Under the pieces are notes generated by a model. That model saw only the letters and a program-made list of their open reading frames with translations. It made no database searches and was not told where the DNA came from. This document shows positions 41,310-54,129 of a DNA stretch of 64,000 nucleotides, one piece after another. The stretch is from Raillietiella orientalis. Taxonomy: Eukaryota. Position 1 is the first letter of the stretch; each line of letters begins with the position of its first letter. Made by a program: the position numbers and the translations under genes. The stretch is from the NCBI GenBank assembly GCA_036172245.1, contig JAYWIR010000057.1, positions 558,001-622,000 on the forward strand, given 5' to 3'.

Positions 41310-42129
41310 CAAGCAAGCTAAAGTAATAGTTAAAGGCCATACAAAGGTTCTTCTGAATTAGGTTTACATGCAAGGAAGTTCGAGGAAAAATACTGATGAG
41401 TACAAGTTCTGCTCCAATCATTACCGCCGGCCTCCCTTCCTGAGCGTTGAATGTTTCCAGTATGTTCCAGACACAGACGTATTCACGAAAACTCCATCAA
41501 AGGAAGGAGGACGTCAGGAAGCGATCAGGTTGAGTCTTTCTTAAAAGTTCATCCTCAAGACGTACAGATTTCAGCGAGTCCTTTTGGGCAGAGGTCGATG
41601 ATATACACTAGAGCTGGAAAAATGGGCAGTTCAGAGATGATAAATGAGTAAGACAGCAATAGTGAGTGTTCACCTGAACTCGAAGGGGGGAGTTCTCGAG
41701 TGACCTTCTGCCACCATGGCGTAGGTTCTCTTTCCGTACCCACACTATCTTCAGCCTGCCTCCAGTTCGAGGCCGTGCACTGTGGCCTTTTGTGGAGCGA
41801 ACGCTCCGCAGTTTCATACGATGTGTTTCCTTGACTGCCTTGCTGAGACTCCCAACCTCGAATGATGGAGTTGTTTCGTTCCTCTGCCTTATTTTCTTCC
41901 CCTTTACTTGCCTTGCCCAACGAAGCGGTTGCTTTCTTCATCCTTCAGGCATGCTGGTCTACTTGTGTTTCATTTTTACGGGATGGCCACGTTATCTTTT
42001 TACGTTCCTGTGTTCAAGGTGTTTCGTTCCTTCCAGGATTCCTGTCCACTGCAGCGGGTCGTGTTTTTATTTCGCCTCGCCAACAAGATCGATACTTCTC
42101 CCGCCGGTTTTTCTTATTAATGCTATGCT

Positions 42130-42530
42130 AAGTTGATTCCCACACGCATTCCCGGTGACGGAAAGGCGCTCGAAGGCTGTAATGAAAGTTAAGGAGTGAC
42201 TTCTCCCGAATGCAGCGGCTATCATTTGCTACGAACAGCCCTGCTGGAAAGAAAACGAGTGGTGTTCCTGGATTAATTTGAGCGGTGGAGGAAAGCATTC
42301 GGTTGAATGTCGTTAAAGAGAAAGTGCGAAGGGCTGTCCAGGAAAAGCATGAGGGTCTGCACTCATTTCGTGGAACTGAGGCAACATGGGGAGCTATGCC
42401 CGTTAACGAGAAGAAGTGAGGGTTTCTAAGAGCAGTCCACATTTGTAATAATTTCAAACAGGCAACTGATCCGAAGAGCCGTTCGCGAATGATGGAAAGT
42501 AAATTCCAAGTAAATTCCGTAGCAGTCATT
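42130..42530 (-). mobile_element. Decayed non-LTR RT fragment
   Basis: RLFGSVA (AFGSV-like), RNPHFF and TTFNR segments in RT motif order. Confidence 0.45.
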
Positions 42531-45500
42531 GAAATCTGTTTCTGTAAATCAGAAAATGAAGAAGTTCCATTTCAGCACCATTTGCTGAAGCCAATCTCCG
42601 GGTCTCTGAAAAACGCTACCACGCGAACTCATCAGCCCGGAGAGTTTGGAACGGGTCTCAAGGTCAGAAATTTCTCGGAATTTCCGATTCATCTCGGAAG
42701 CTCCTTCCCGTCTACTTAGCTAATCGGCGCTGACTTTTTCTCGAGTTTGAAGCACTCATCGGGAGGGGGGGGGTACGCATCTGTGAAGTGATCGCAGCCT
42801 CCCGGATTAATGACAAAACTCCGTTCCGGAGGTTTCCGATTTCAACTAGCTCCGATGCTTCTGGAATCTGCTTTAAGAAGACACCTTTTAAGAAGAAATG
42901 GAAATTTCTTTCACAGAATCGAATTCAATTAAAGACGAAATGATTGCAAACATCGAATTGGGAGGGTTCTGCTTATGGTTCTACGAAATGCCGCATTGAG
43001 CACGGAAACCAACAAATCTATCAGTCCTCTCGCCACTTGAAGCGAAAATAAAGTACATCAACCACTTGAGTGGAGCAAGGGATCGCGTAAAATGAAATTA
43101 GTGAAATGCAATTATCGATCATTCCCTGGCATTAGCATGAAGAGAACGAAATTTAACCGTGGAAGCTGGCTTGCATCAGATATCCTAGTCTCCCACTCCA
43201 GGAATGAAAAACAAGTGCAGTGATAGCAATCCGTGGCTTAGAAACAAGGAGCTGGGGACGCCCGATGCTTTCTAAAGCATGATTTCTACAGTGAGGGTTT
43301 CCATGATCGCCCAATTCAGCGGTAGCGAAAATAAGACTAGTAGGGAAAGAAGAGTCTTTAGAGTCACGATCGTATGGTAGGGAACCTCCTCAGCCATTGA
43401 CGAAAAATCTCCATGAAAGAAAATCTGTGAATGACGTGTGTGCAACAACTGTTAGGAATGGATGCTGGTTCTGATACTTCTTGCAGTACGCCCCACTCCG
43501 CATGCCAACCTTCATACCCTCCAGTATGTAGCTCTTCAAGAAGCGAAAAGAACTATAGGGACAGCATAGGGAAGCTCCATTATCTACCACAAGAGTTTTG
43601 CAAGTCGGCGTGTGCAATGCATTAGCTAGAAACTGACAACAGAAACGAAGATATGTACTGCTGCCATTTGGAATGGCTACTCAGAAATACACTGCCACTG
43701 GGCAGGAAAACATGACGAGGTAATTTGAGGTCAAAAAGAGAATTTTCAAGGCTGATTTCGAATCTTTACACAAATTCTTCCGTGTGCATAATATCAAAGT
43801 ACCCATGCATCATGGAAGCGTTTCTCATCTTCCGATTTTGTCGTAGACTTTTGTCATGGAGTCATGGGATGAGCAATAAATCTTTTGTATTCGAAGATAA
43901 CCTGCTGCATGGTAAAAGTACCGAAGCGTCTTCATCTGAAGTCCACCGCAGCTGATAGATCTGGAACTCAAAGCAAAGCTCTAAAGGCACTCTTTCCCAG
44001 AGATTTCTCTTTGCCGCTGTTTCCTTCAGTAATTGCAATGAAACTTGTCATTTGTCTTGTCTGGGTTTTATTTCGACATTCTCAAGAGCACGGATCGGGT
44101 CACAAAAAGTTATTGAAAACCTCATTCGAGACGATGACCTTGGATCCGACTTTGGGTTCGATGATTTTACTCGTTCAGTAGAATGAAACCTCTTGGACGA
44201 CTCTCCTTTGCTTTCAGTTTGAGGCGGCGCCGTTTGTAAGATGAGATGGTCCAGTGCTAGAAGGTCCCTAACGATGTGTCAACCAGATTTTCCAGCGTTG
44301 GCTCACGGATTCAACCGGGAAACGAATGCAAGCAGTCAATCTTTTCGGGAATGAAGGCACCGATCTTTCTCACCGCACTTGTTAGGTATCACTCTGGAAA
44401 CACTGAAAAGTTTGCAAAAGGAGAAGGAACGAATGCTCAATCTGGTGCCGCGTCTTCCCTTGAGAGGACGCATCAAAACACGGTGAGTTTGTTAAGAAGC
44501 ACAAAGTGCGAACGGAAGCTGATTCCTGATACTGAACGATACTCTGAGGATTTTTTTGCCATCTGGTGCTGCCAGTTTCGAAACCCTGCAATCCAGGTAA
44601 TCACTACACTTCTTTTCTCAAAATAAAAACCGTCTCTCGCACTCTAGCATCATTCAGAACTCCAAATCATCTCATCATGCAACCCGATTCGCCTTCAGCT
44701 AGACCATTTTCATTCCAGCCCACCTACAATCTCAGGGTGAAACCGAAAGAGGGTGTTCACGTCGCCTTTCATCAACTTCACCTCTCATCAAAATGAGAAA
44801 CGCTGACGCTTCCACAAGTCGTACCACATAAAGGCAAGAAACGAGCAGAAGTTGTTTTTCGAAGGCCTTGCAGGACGCCACGCAAGCCGATCCCTGTTAC
44901 CGCGGTATCCAACGTCTTCCCGATGTCTCGCCACGATCTGTTCCATATGCACTCGTGGATTTCACCGTGTTCGAGCAGCAGACTTCTTTGATGCCGCCTA
45001 TGTTGAACGATGAGGGCAACGAAGAAACGCAGAGGATTTGTACTTTTCTTTCAATTTTGCCACTTAATCTACGGGCTTCAATCTGTATTCGAATACAGAA
45101 TGCAGTCAGTGTAAAATCAGAGCGGTGAACCACTTCGCCCAGTTAGCAGAAGCAGCTAAGTCGTTTCATCAAAAGGATCTTCACGCTATTCATTTTTTGG
45201 AGCTTAAAAAATCTCAAAAATCTCAAAAAATCGCAGGATACTTTCCTTGCCAGCGCGATTTATTTACAAATACAGTACGAAGAACGAATCAGTGATGCGT
45301 TAGAAGCCACAGAGCAAAACAGAATCGAAACTCAGTGGAGCAGATGGAGATAGCACTTTGAAAAATAAGGTCTGAGGGACATTTCAGAAGTAAGGGAGGA
45401 TCGGATACAAAGGACAAATAAGAGAAACCAAAATGTATTGGTGGCAGTGAACGCATACATCGCCATATCATTTTTCCACGTAGTCATCATCTTTTCTCAA

Positions 45501-46399
45501 AGACTTTTGATACCGTGGAAGAAGCTTTTTGAAAACCCCCTGCATGAAATTCCTCCTTTTGGGAGTTCAGCCTGTTCATCAGCAATGCAGTTTTTAAGAC
45601 CTCACCTTCCCCCTCGAGTAGTCGAGCCACTTCTGGAGGTGCAGGAAGACGTGGTACAATGGAGGGATTCTTCGCATTAATGGGGTTGGCTGGGTTCTTT
45701 ACGGCCTTGCTGTCTGTTTGAAATAATCTGCTCGTATTCATCTTATGGCGCTTTGAGCGTTCACCTCTCTTGTTTCATGAGGGATGCTGATGATGAAGCC
45801 AAACTCCCCGGAAGTTTACTGGATACTTTCTTCTTGCGTACATCGCGTTGTTACTCCCAGTGACTTCCATTTTACTTCTGATCCTCTGAGCTAGATTTTT
45901 TTTCTCTCTCAGTTGCTCATTATCATTTGAAATGAGTGGGTGTGTCCATTTTCCCGAATCCAAACACTCCCTGGAGCACAGTTTCATCACGCCGCAGAAA
46001 GCTTCAAATTCATCAGGTAGGAGGCTACCAGAGACATCAACGCATGTTCCAAGTCACACAAAGTTCTTCATCAATGGAGTGAGAAAGATTGGAAACTGAT
46101 TTTACAGATGCCGAGTTCGAGTCGAGTGTTCTTCTGACTGCAGAGTGAAACTTCCTAGTAACAGACCAAGAATGGCGTCTGCAAGGATTCCAATGAGCGC
46201 TGGTGACGTCTGGAAAAATCCTGGCTCATGATCCTGTCATCTAAGAAGTGAATTCCAGACTCTCTAGCTGGAAACCAAGCTATCCCTCCAAAAGAAAGGG
46301 GATTGAATGAGCCTCTCAGAAGGAAAGTTCTTCTTGTCTCCATAGCAACTGCATGCTGTTCTCAGCAAGCGCGCTTGGTAGACGTTTGTAAATCATCAT

Positions 46400-47070
46400 C
46401 CTGATCTCGGAAAAGCTCTGCATTGTTTTCCATCGTGCATCAAATTACCCTCTGGATACCAGGAGATGCCCAAGCTTTGCCGATTGCCGCCTTCATCCAT
46501 GCGTCGAGGTCGAATTTGCTTTCAGGCCGTGGTATATCGAAGAGATCGGGGGCAGATCGTCTGTGCCGGCGCCGGGACGAGACTCTAACCCACCTGTTGC
46601 ATCGCTGCATGAGGCGCTCTTCTTTGTACGCTGCTAGACATGAAGCCATGTTGAAGAATGCCACTGCCACGGTGGCACGATGGGAGTCGGTATCAAGAAT
46701 CAGTGTATATCCGGAGTGGACTCCACTCTCAGCCCAGACCTGGTACTGGATGAGGAACAACAGGATTTTGATGTTGAACATCGCCTGCCCGCTCGAGAAT
46801 GGGGAGGCACTTGACAACGCCGAGAAAGAAAAGATGAATATCAAGGTGCTGCCAGCCCCCCGAAAGGATGGAGAACAAGACGTCCCGCGACCACATGTGG
46901 TTGTCTCGTGTGTCCGCTGCAGTGGCTATATTGACTGGACTCACCGATTAGGACATCATCCCGATGATCCTTCCAATCCAAAGAAAAGTCATCGATGGGT
47001 GGAACCCGGAAGCCAATGCCGATCTGAACCAGGAAGATGCCGTCTCAAAATCCGAAGCACCCGTTGATTC
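46400..47070 (+). mobile_element. NeSL/Utopia-like zinc knuckle and RLE fragment, decayed
   Basis: FIHASRSNLL..DRLCRRRDETLTHLLHRC..YAARHEAML..LNIACPLENGEALDNAEKEK. Confidence 0.85.
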
Positions 47071-47779
47071 TATCCCGGTTGTCAACGTGAAGAAGACAAG
47101 ACGAAAAGATGGTTAAGATCCAGAAGACTTGACTGCCTTACTACAATCTTTCTTTTTACCGATGACTCTCATTCATCAATCCTTTTGAGTCCTGTGTACA
47201 TGGCGACCATCCAGGACAGAGAGGTGATGACGAAGGGCTATTCCACCTAGTTGACCTGCACAGTGTGCAAACTTGTAGAAGAGATAACATCTGACTCTGC
47301 AACCGTGGAGATGTGAAAACGATGCTTCATTTCCTTCGGAAAGGCAACCACTTTTTTTCCTTTTTTGGCTCTGAATAAAATTGCAAGTAACCTCTTTGCC
47401 GATAAGCAGTAGAAACAACCCACTTGTGGCTGGGAATTAGCCATAGGTTTTTCATTTTCAATTTCGCCACCTTCTGAATTTCTTTTATCACCATCGATAG
47501 TTTTGTTTGCTTGGCCAAAATCTCACACTCTCCGAGGGTTAAGCAAGAACTTGACTCCAGCTTTTCGAAAGAGCTGAATGCATTTTTTTTTTTGGCTAGG
47601 AAAAAGAACAGGAGAGATGTTTACGAAACATTTTATCTTTGGGCAATGCTAACTTAATATAAGCAACGTTTCAGAGGTGTCTACCAGGAAGGAATAGGTT
47701 CTAAATACTTGAATTTCGCAAACTTAACAGCCTTTCGACCCTATTCCTACACGGTGCAGAGTCTGATGCAGGTAGGCAT

Positions 47780-47813
47780 ACTTTCGTGTTCTTTGATCAA
47801 CGAACACGAAAGT
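47780..47813. repeat. 34-bp palindrome with one mismatch
   Basis: actttcgtgttc-t-ttga|tcaa-c-gaacacgaaagt. Confidence 0.85.
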
Positions 47814-49071
47814 TAAAGTTGGTGTATTCCTGCAAATAATTCTCATTCTAAGCAATATTAATTGATGTATCTTTCCTTCAACATGCAATTCAAGAGTCGA
47901 AGTGAGTCGTGCGTCACGTGCCTCTGTGATGTTGTTTCCTCAAGGTGGCCAACTTCCGAATCAAATAGGATTAAAGTTAGCCTGAAGACATCCTGGAAGT
48001 CCTTATTCGCAAACTTTGGCCTGGAGTTACCTTAGGCTTCTCTCGGCGAAACTTCAGCACGAGTTTTCCAAACTTGGAGTAAAACTCACCTATAACTGTC
48101 GTCCGGTAAAAGAACGCTGCCGCTGTTGATTGCTTTTGAAACCCGTGAATGACTGCCTTCGTGGTTCTGAAAACTTTTCTGACCCGGGTGGATCCTTTGT
48201 GGCTGGCCGACAGAGTATCTAATCAACGTAAAACTCTGCAAGTGCAGCGGAGAGACGAAACAGGTGAACACCAGAAAAATTCCGCCTCGAGCAAAGCTCA
48301 TGGAACGCGGTGGATGGAGACCTTGCTGCACCAAGAGTTGATCACATGTATCACTTCAGGAATTACGGAGCAGAAGAATGGCAAAGGTAGGAGCCGATCT
48401 TGTGGCCAAAGAAGCAAAGGTTTTGTGCCTCCCTCTGTCCGGGAAATAACTGCGGACGTATCATGGATAAAATCTTGGAAGCCTCGACCTTTCCTCCTTT
48501 TTCCTGTCTTCCATCCCTTTCTCCTTCCCGCATCCGCGGCTTTCTTTTAGCGTCCCAATTCTCCCCGATGCACAGTTTGGTGCGACACATCCACTCTAGC
48601 TGCCCAAGCCACCTCCACTTAAGTTCTACTTTCCTTCTCATCTTCCTTTTCAAGCTGACTGCGCGCGACGAGTGAGCTGCATCCTTGACTACTGCAAAAC
48701 GTCCACTGACTTGTCCCCAAGATGAACTTTAGTGGCTCTCTCAAGAGGCTGATGAGATGTGTTCTCTCATGGGGACCTGGATTTCATTTCGCCACCCAAG
48801 AATCTGTGAAACTGTTAAGAACCAGAGCAGTACATAAAACGTTCCTGAAACCATTTTGATATTGCTGCATACTTCTGGTCATTTCAATGAATTTCAATAA
48901 CGGCGTCTTTCAATTTCTGATGTTCCTCCATCAGTTTTATTGGAACAAGTACGAAAGTTGCTTCAGGAAAGGAAGCAGAGAAATGATTTGGATGGTATGC
49001 TGGAGTTCATGAAACACCTGAATATTGCTGAAGAATGCTCCCCGTCATGTAAGAGCAGACTGATGGCGTGC

Positions 49072-49300
49072 AATCAACAGACTGTGCCAGAAATTTTAAT
49101 CTATCATTTTCTATTAATGTCTGTACCAGGACCAGATGTCAATGGTAATCTGGAGCTGAGTATTTATGGCCTGCCTGCTGCCACACTCACCTTGGGTCCT
49201 ACACATTGGTCAATATTTCGCCGAGCTCATATGCAACTGGCCTCAGACAATCAGTGGCGTGTGAGACAGACACTTGCTTTCGGACATATGGCTTTCATTC
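49072..49300 (+). pseudogene. PPP4R1-like (protein phosphatase 4 regulatory subunit 1) gene fragment
   Basis: QQTVPEILIYHFLLMS...YGLPAATLTLGPTHWSIFRRAHMQLASDNQWRVRQTLAF..MAFIL resembles PPP4R1 YSLPGVALTLGRQNW...LASDMQWKVRRTLAFSIHELAVIL. Similarity ends without a splice donor and runs into retroelement-like sequence. Confidence 0.7.
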
Positions 49301-52300
49301 TGGAGAGAGGCCAAAGCAGAGAGCAACTGCCCGAGAATTTTATGCTCTACACGTTGAGAAATTCCAACGAAAATCATTTCCAAAGAGACTGCTTGATGAC
49401 ATGTGACGAAGCTACCTACAAGAACGGGATCCCAAGTCCAACAGATAGTCCAATGGAGGAATCGATCTTCAAAAGCCACGAGCAATTCGGAAAGGAAAAA
49501 GATCCGATTCGATCCTCTGAAAACGAAGAAAGCCACAAATTCAGACCAACGAAATGTTTCCCGATAATCCGAAGAAGGAGCCTTCAGCTCTCAATTTGAG
49601 CATGCTCACGGATGCGTGCTGAAAAAGAACTCAAGCAGCTGTGGGCACGTTTTGTGGTATGGTTTCCTACCCCGAAGTGAGGATTGTGACAAAAGGGAAA
49701 ACGGGAAGAAAGCGAGAAACCTCAGTCCTGTTGTGCTTAGGAGGAGGTGAAGAGAGGTGAAGATACAAATTCGGAAGACGTCACATTCCGAGTAACAGAA
49801 CAAGAAAGCATGCATTCTCTAGAACCATCAAGCACCTTCTGGAGAATTAACAGTGAGTGCACCTGATGAACGTAATAGAACCGGATGATGCTCGTGGCAT
49901 TGGAGAAGAGTTTGCAAATCATGGGATGACGAATGGCGAGAGAAGGGGAGTGTGGCGGCTTCAAAGGGGGCGTTTCGTTCACGTAGGTGTGCTGAATTCT
50001 GGACAAAGTTCGCGTAAACGGATTTTATTTTTCCTGGTCCGAAGCATCCAGTAGTTCTGACTCTGAAATTAGAACCATCGTTTGATGAATGCAAGCAATG
50101 ATTATTTCACCATTTGCAGAATGTTCCTCGATGCATCTGGGATCAAAAGTTCTCTTATCTTTCCCAGAGTTCCGTCACGAAAATTAAAAGAAACCGTGAT
50201 GTTTCCTTGAGGAAACGCAGTCATTCGATGCCAGGGTTGCTGATAGGAAGTCGGGCACCATGCAGCCGGAACGCAGGAGAAACTGCTGAAAACTCCACAG
50301 CGCAGAGTGTTTATGCAGCAGCTGAACATCGTGGGGAAAACTGAAAAATTCTTGCGTGGTTCCCTGCAGGATAACGAGCCATAGCAAGGAGCGTCAGAAA
50401 AGGGGCTTCTTTCCAACTGGAGGTCAGAGAAGGTGGGAATGGTATTGGGAAGTGTGGTGGGTGCAGGAAGTGCGATGCAAGCGCTCCAATCCTTTTGGCA
50501 CCGTGGAAAAAACCATTCGAGCTCGCAGAAAACATCCTTACGACCACGAGGACGCTTGGATCCACAAGTTGCCTTATGCTTCCTTCCTCGGAACAACCGG
50601 CGGGTACGACTAGCCACAAGTGTTTATCACCATGCGAGGTGCACGGGAGTTCCCTCGAACGGGCTGCCTCGCCGTGCACCCCTCGCTGCGTTTGCCAGGC
50701 CGTGGTGCGCTGGCCCAGCAGCTGGAAGCTGGGGAGAGAGCAGCAGAGAGGACACGCAGCCCCCTCACTACACGGATCCCGGAACTGTGGCCCAATTCGA
50801 CGCGGGAAGGAAAGGACGGAACCGAGCGCGCTTGCTGGGAGGCACTGCTGAACGCGGTGACCCTCAGAAATGACCCCGTGTTCCCTTTGCTCCCCTCTCT
50901 GCTCTCCAGACCATCCGGTTCACCCCACCTGGACACGACGGAAAGTGCCCATTCGAAGTCCCCACCTGAACTCTAGATGGGCGTCCCGGGTCGATTAAGG
51001 GGATCCCGCACGGTCTTGCCAGAAAGGTGTTGCTGGTTCCTACACTCGCAGCTTCCGCGTGGAAGGGCATCCCAGCCTCTTCGGATTCAGACGGCCTCCA
51101 GAGAAGACGCACGCGCAGAGGAGGCTGTGCAACTGGACCGAGAGCGAAAGTGTGCCCGACCTCGGCTCGGGAGGCCACTGCGCCTTCTCCTCCCCGTCCT
51201 TCCCCCCAAAAGAGGCGTCGGAACGCAGCACAATCGGGAGAGGAAGGTTGCCGGGGAACTCCCAGGTGTCAGGAGAGACCACAGCGGTCTCTGGGTGTTG
51301 GCAACGGCACCTCGTCTTCCCGCTCTTTCCTCGTCAATTAAATCTCGGGTTCACTTTCGCAGCATCAATAAAGGGGACCGTGCAAACACTCTGGACTCTT
51401 TCGCTCCCTGAATGGGAACAGGAGGATCTCGCGAGATTCATAGGCGTCGCGTTGCCAAAGAGAAAGAGCGACGTGCACGTGTTCCAAAGATGACCGCTAG
51501 AGGGCGAGGAAGGAGGGAGGGCTTGGAGCAGAGTTTGCTTTGGGGTGTGTGCGCGCGGCCGTTTTATTGCGCGGAAAAGAGGCCAACGGCGATTGTCTTG
51601 AGGAGATGTGGCCCCCATCCGCGCTTCCTCGCCGCTTTTTTGAGGAGGATGACGAAGGCGAACCGGTCGTGAAGAGGTGACGACTTCGCCGTGTTCTCAC
51701 CAGAAGGCGCTCCGTGTCGCCGCTCCCACCTCTCACGTACCTTGTCCTCCAGTCTCTCCAAGATCCCTTCCCCCTGGTTGATTTGCGGGGTGCGCATCTT
51801 CCATTTTACTTTTTTTTCTTTTGGCAAGTCTGAGGCCGCTCAGCATCAAGCCCGATGGCAGCCCCGGTCAGTACCAGACAGCCCTCGGGTGCGTCTGGAG
51901 TATCAGAGATCATCTCGCCCGCAGCTTTCGCGCGCGTCCCGAAGCAGCTCGGTACCGTCGCTGTTACTGCAAGAAGCGCTTGCAGTTCTAAAGCGTTGCA
52001 GACACTCCTGCGAAGACCTCCTCTGGGATTCGCAGATCCAAGAAGGTCGGGTTCCCCCCCCCCCCACTCCTCCGGGAGGAGCGGCGAGCATCAGAACGAC
52101 TCGCATACGACGTGTCTTCGGATTCTGAGCGGCAGTGACGCCTACACTCGCACTCACCACGGCCGGGAACGGACGAAGAAATCAAATGGGAGGAAACCGG
52201 GTTTCCCGCCTCGGGATGGGCGCCCTCCTGTAGGGTCCTTGGAAGATGACTCGCGCACCCTTCTGCTGAATCGAAACGCTCCATGTCTTCTGTATGCAGG

Positions 52301-53794
52301 GGCACCCCAGGGACTTAACGCCGAAACAAAGCGAGTGGCACCCCTTTTTTCAGAGACAGGAAGGTATCAAGGGAGCGAAGAAGAGTCGAACCGTTACCAG
52401 GGACTCATGCCCAGATTCGTGAGCTTCAATGCAGCCGCTGCTGCTGCCGCTGCTGAGAACCCTGCTGGTTCTTTGGTCTTCGTCTCAGCAGCCTCCTTCT
52501 TCGTCAGGAAGAAAAGAGGGGTATCCTTCCTTTGAGGAAAACCGGGACACATGTCCTCGCTGCTAAGGAGCTGCGCCCAAATGCGAGGAGGAGGTGGAGG
52601 ACGGCAATGCGGAAAAGCGGGAGTTCTCTTCCAGGAAAGTGGTGAGGCAGCGGGAGGTCGGAACCATATCATGGGCAGCGACAGCATTCCGCGGCGCCAT
52701 CTCCCACCACACCTCCACACACTTCCAGCTTCTCCAGGAAATAAGCGCAAGGGTTGCCAGGACGCATGCGCAGTCACGCGACCCGAGAAATTTGGCGCGC
52801 GAAGGGAGGGGAGACCGTCAAGTGGCGTGCCTCCCGCGCTTCGGATTCCCTCGCGCAAGAGGCTGGCGCGCTCCTTGTATGTGCGATGGCACCCTGCGTG
52901 GTGGAGCGGAAAGCGAAATGAGGTCCGCGGGCGCTTTGCGGACACCGACGTAACGGACAGCGAAGGCTGGGCTATCGTTCAGCGGATTTGCGGGGGAGAG
53001 TTGGCGACATCCTGAACCAAGAGGTTTGGGCGGTTCTACTCTTTGCAGGACAGCCCACACCTCCTCGTCCTTGGAACGCGGCGCGTGCCTGCTGAAGGTG
53101 GAGGCAGAAGCACCTTTTCTAGAGCTTCCAGAAGCCCCAGGGGAAACGGGTCTATTGCCTTCCTCGGAAGCCGAGGGGTTTCAAGGACGCGCGCCCTTGT
53201 CCGACCCCACGCCTTTCGTCCTAGGTGGTCCGAGGCCATCGAGACGGAAACTGAGAAACAGTAGTGACATCGTTGAGATCTCCCTCCGGTTTGTTCGCCT
53301 TTTCCTGGACCGCCGCTGCCGCTCGCCCCCAAAGGCTCGTTTCCGTCTTTCTCTTGTCCGTTGAGGGAATGGAGGGGTGGCAGACGAGCCGGCGGACTGT
53401 GTTTGGCAATTTGACCTTCCCTTTCCCATTCTCCTCCCCCTCGCACAGCGACTGCCTGCAGGGGCAGTGGCGGCGAGGCTGCGTTCGCCAGGAGGCGACC
53501 CTGCTGCCCTAGCAGACCCCGAGCAGCACGAAAGCACCTTCCTTGCCCCACGGGAGGAATAGGGCAGGTCATTTCTGAAGGGAGAGCGGGACGCCTCTCG
53601 GCTAGCCTCCTGGACTGGAGCTGCTTCGACGGGCGTGTCCATGCCAAGCCAACGGTAACAGATCGCGATCAATTCCTCTAGGTCGCCTCCGCTTCGCTGC
53701 TGCCTCCTTAGTGAGCGCAGTCAGCGAAGGAGGACTCGCCCGAGGCCCTCCTCACCAGCCAGGGCTCATCCAGGGCTGCAGGTCCACCGTTCCG

Positions 53795-53800
53795 TTTATT
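53795..53800 (-). promoter_or_regulatory. Putative polyadenylation signal of the glutaredoxin gene
   Basis: AATAAA on the minus strand, about 47 nt after the stop codon, in otherwise GC-rich DNA. Confidence 0.65.
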
Positions 53801-53846
53801 GCCGCCCGCCGCTCCCGACAGAGAGCTTGACGCGCCTGCAGCGGGC

Positions 53847-53957
53847 TCAGATGAGGCGGCTCTGCCTGAGCATGCGGTTCAGTCTGCCCGAGTCATGCAG
53901 GTCCTCGAGCTCCTGGGAGTCCCCGAGGTAGGACGCTCTGAGAAAAACCTTCGGATA
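53847..53957 (-). CDS. Glutaredoxin, last exon
   Basis: Acceptor ctctctccag| closes a 49-nt GT-AG intron (53958-54006). Reads YPKVFLRASYLGDSQELEDLHDSGRLNRMLRQSRLI*, matching the Grx (T)VPxVF..IGG..L..L..SG.L pattern. Confidence 0.88.
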   Translation of the reverse strand, partial: YPKVFLRASYLGDSQELEDLHDSGRLNRMLRQSRLI

Positions 53958-54006
53958 CTGGAGAGAGAGTCAGATTTCCCCTTCCCCCTCTTTCTCCTGC
54001 ACTCAC

Positions 54007-54129
54007 GGTGGCGCTGCCTGTCTTCTCCTGCAGCCGGTCCTGGATGGTCTCTTCGCTCAGCTCAGGGAAGTGATCGATGTCCAGGAACTTCATGTAATTG
54101 ACGTCGATGTCGTAGCTGGCCAGGATCTC
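54007..54129 (-). CDS. Glutaredoxin, middle exon
   Basis: EILASYDIDVNYMKFLDIDHFPELSEETIQDRLQEKTGSAT|gtgagt. Upstream are a cctaac branch site and a pyrimidine tract. Phase 0 at both ends. Confidence 0.88.
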
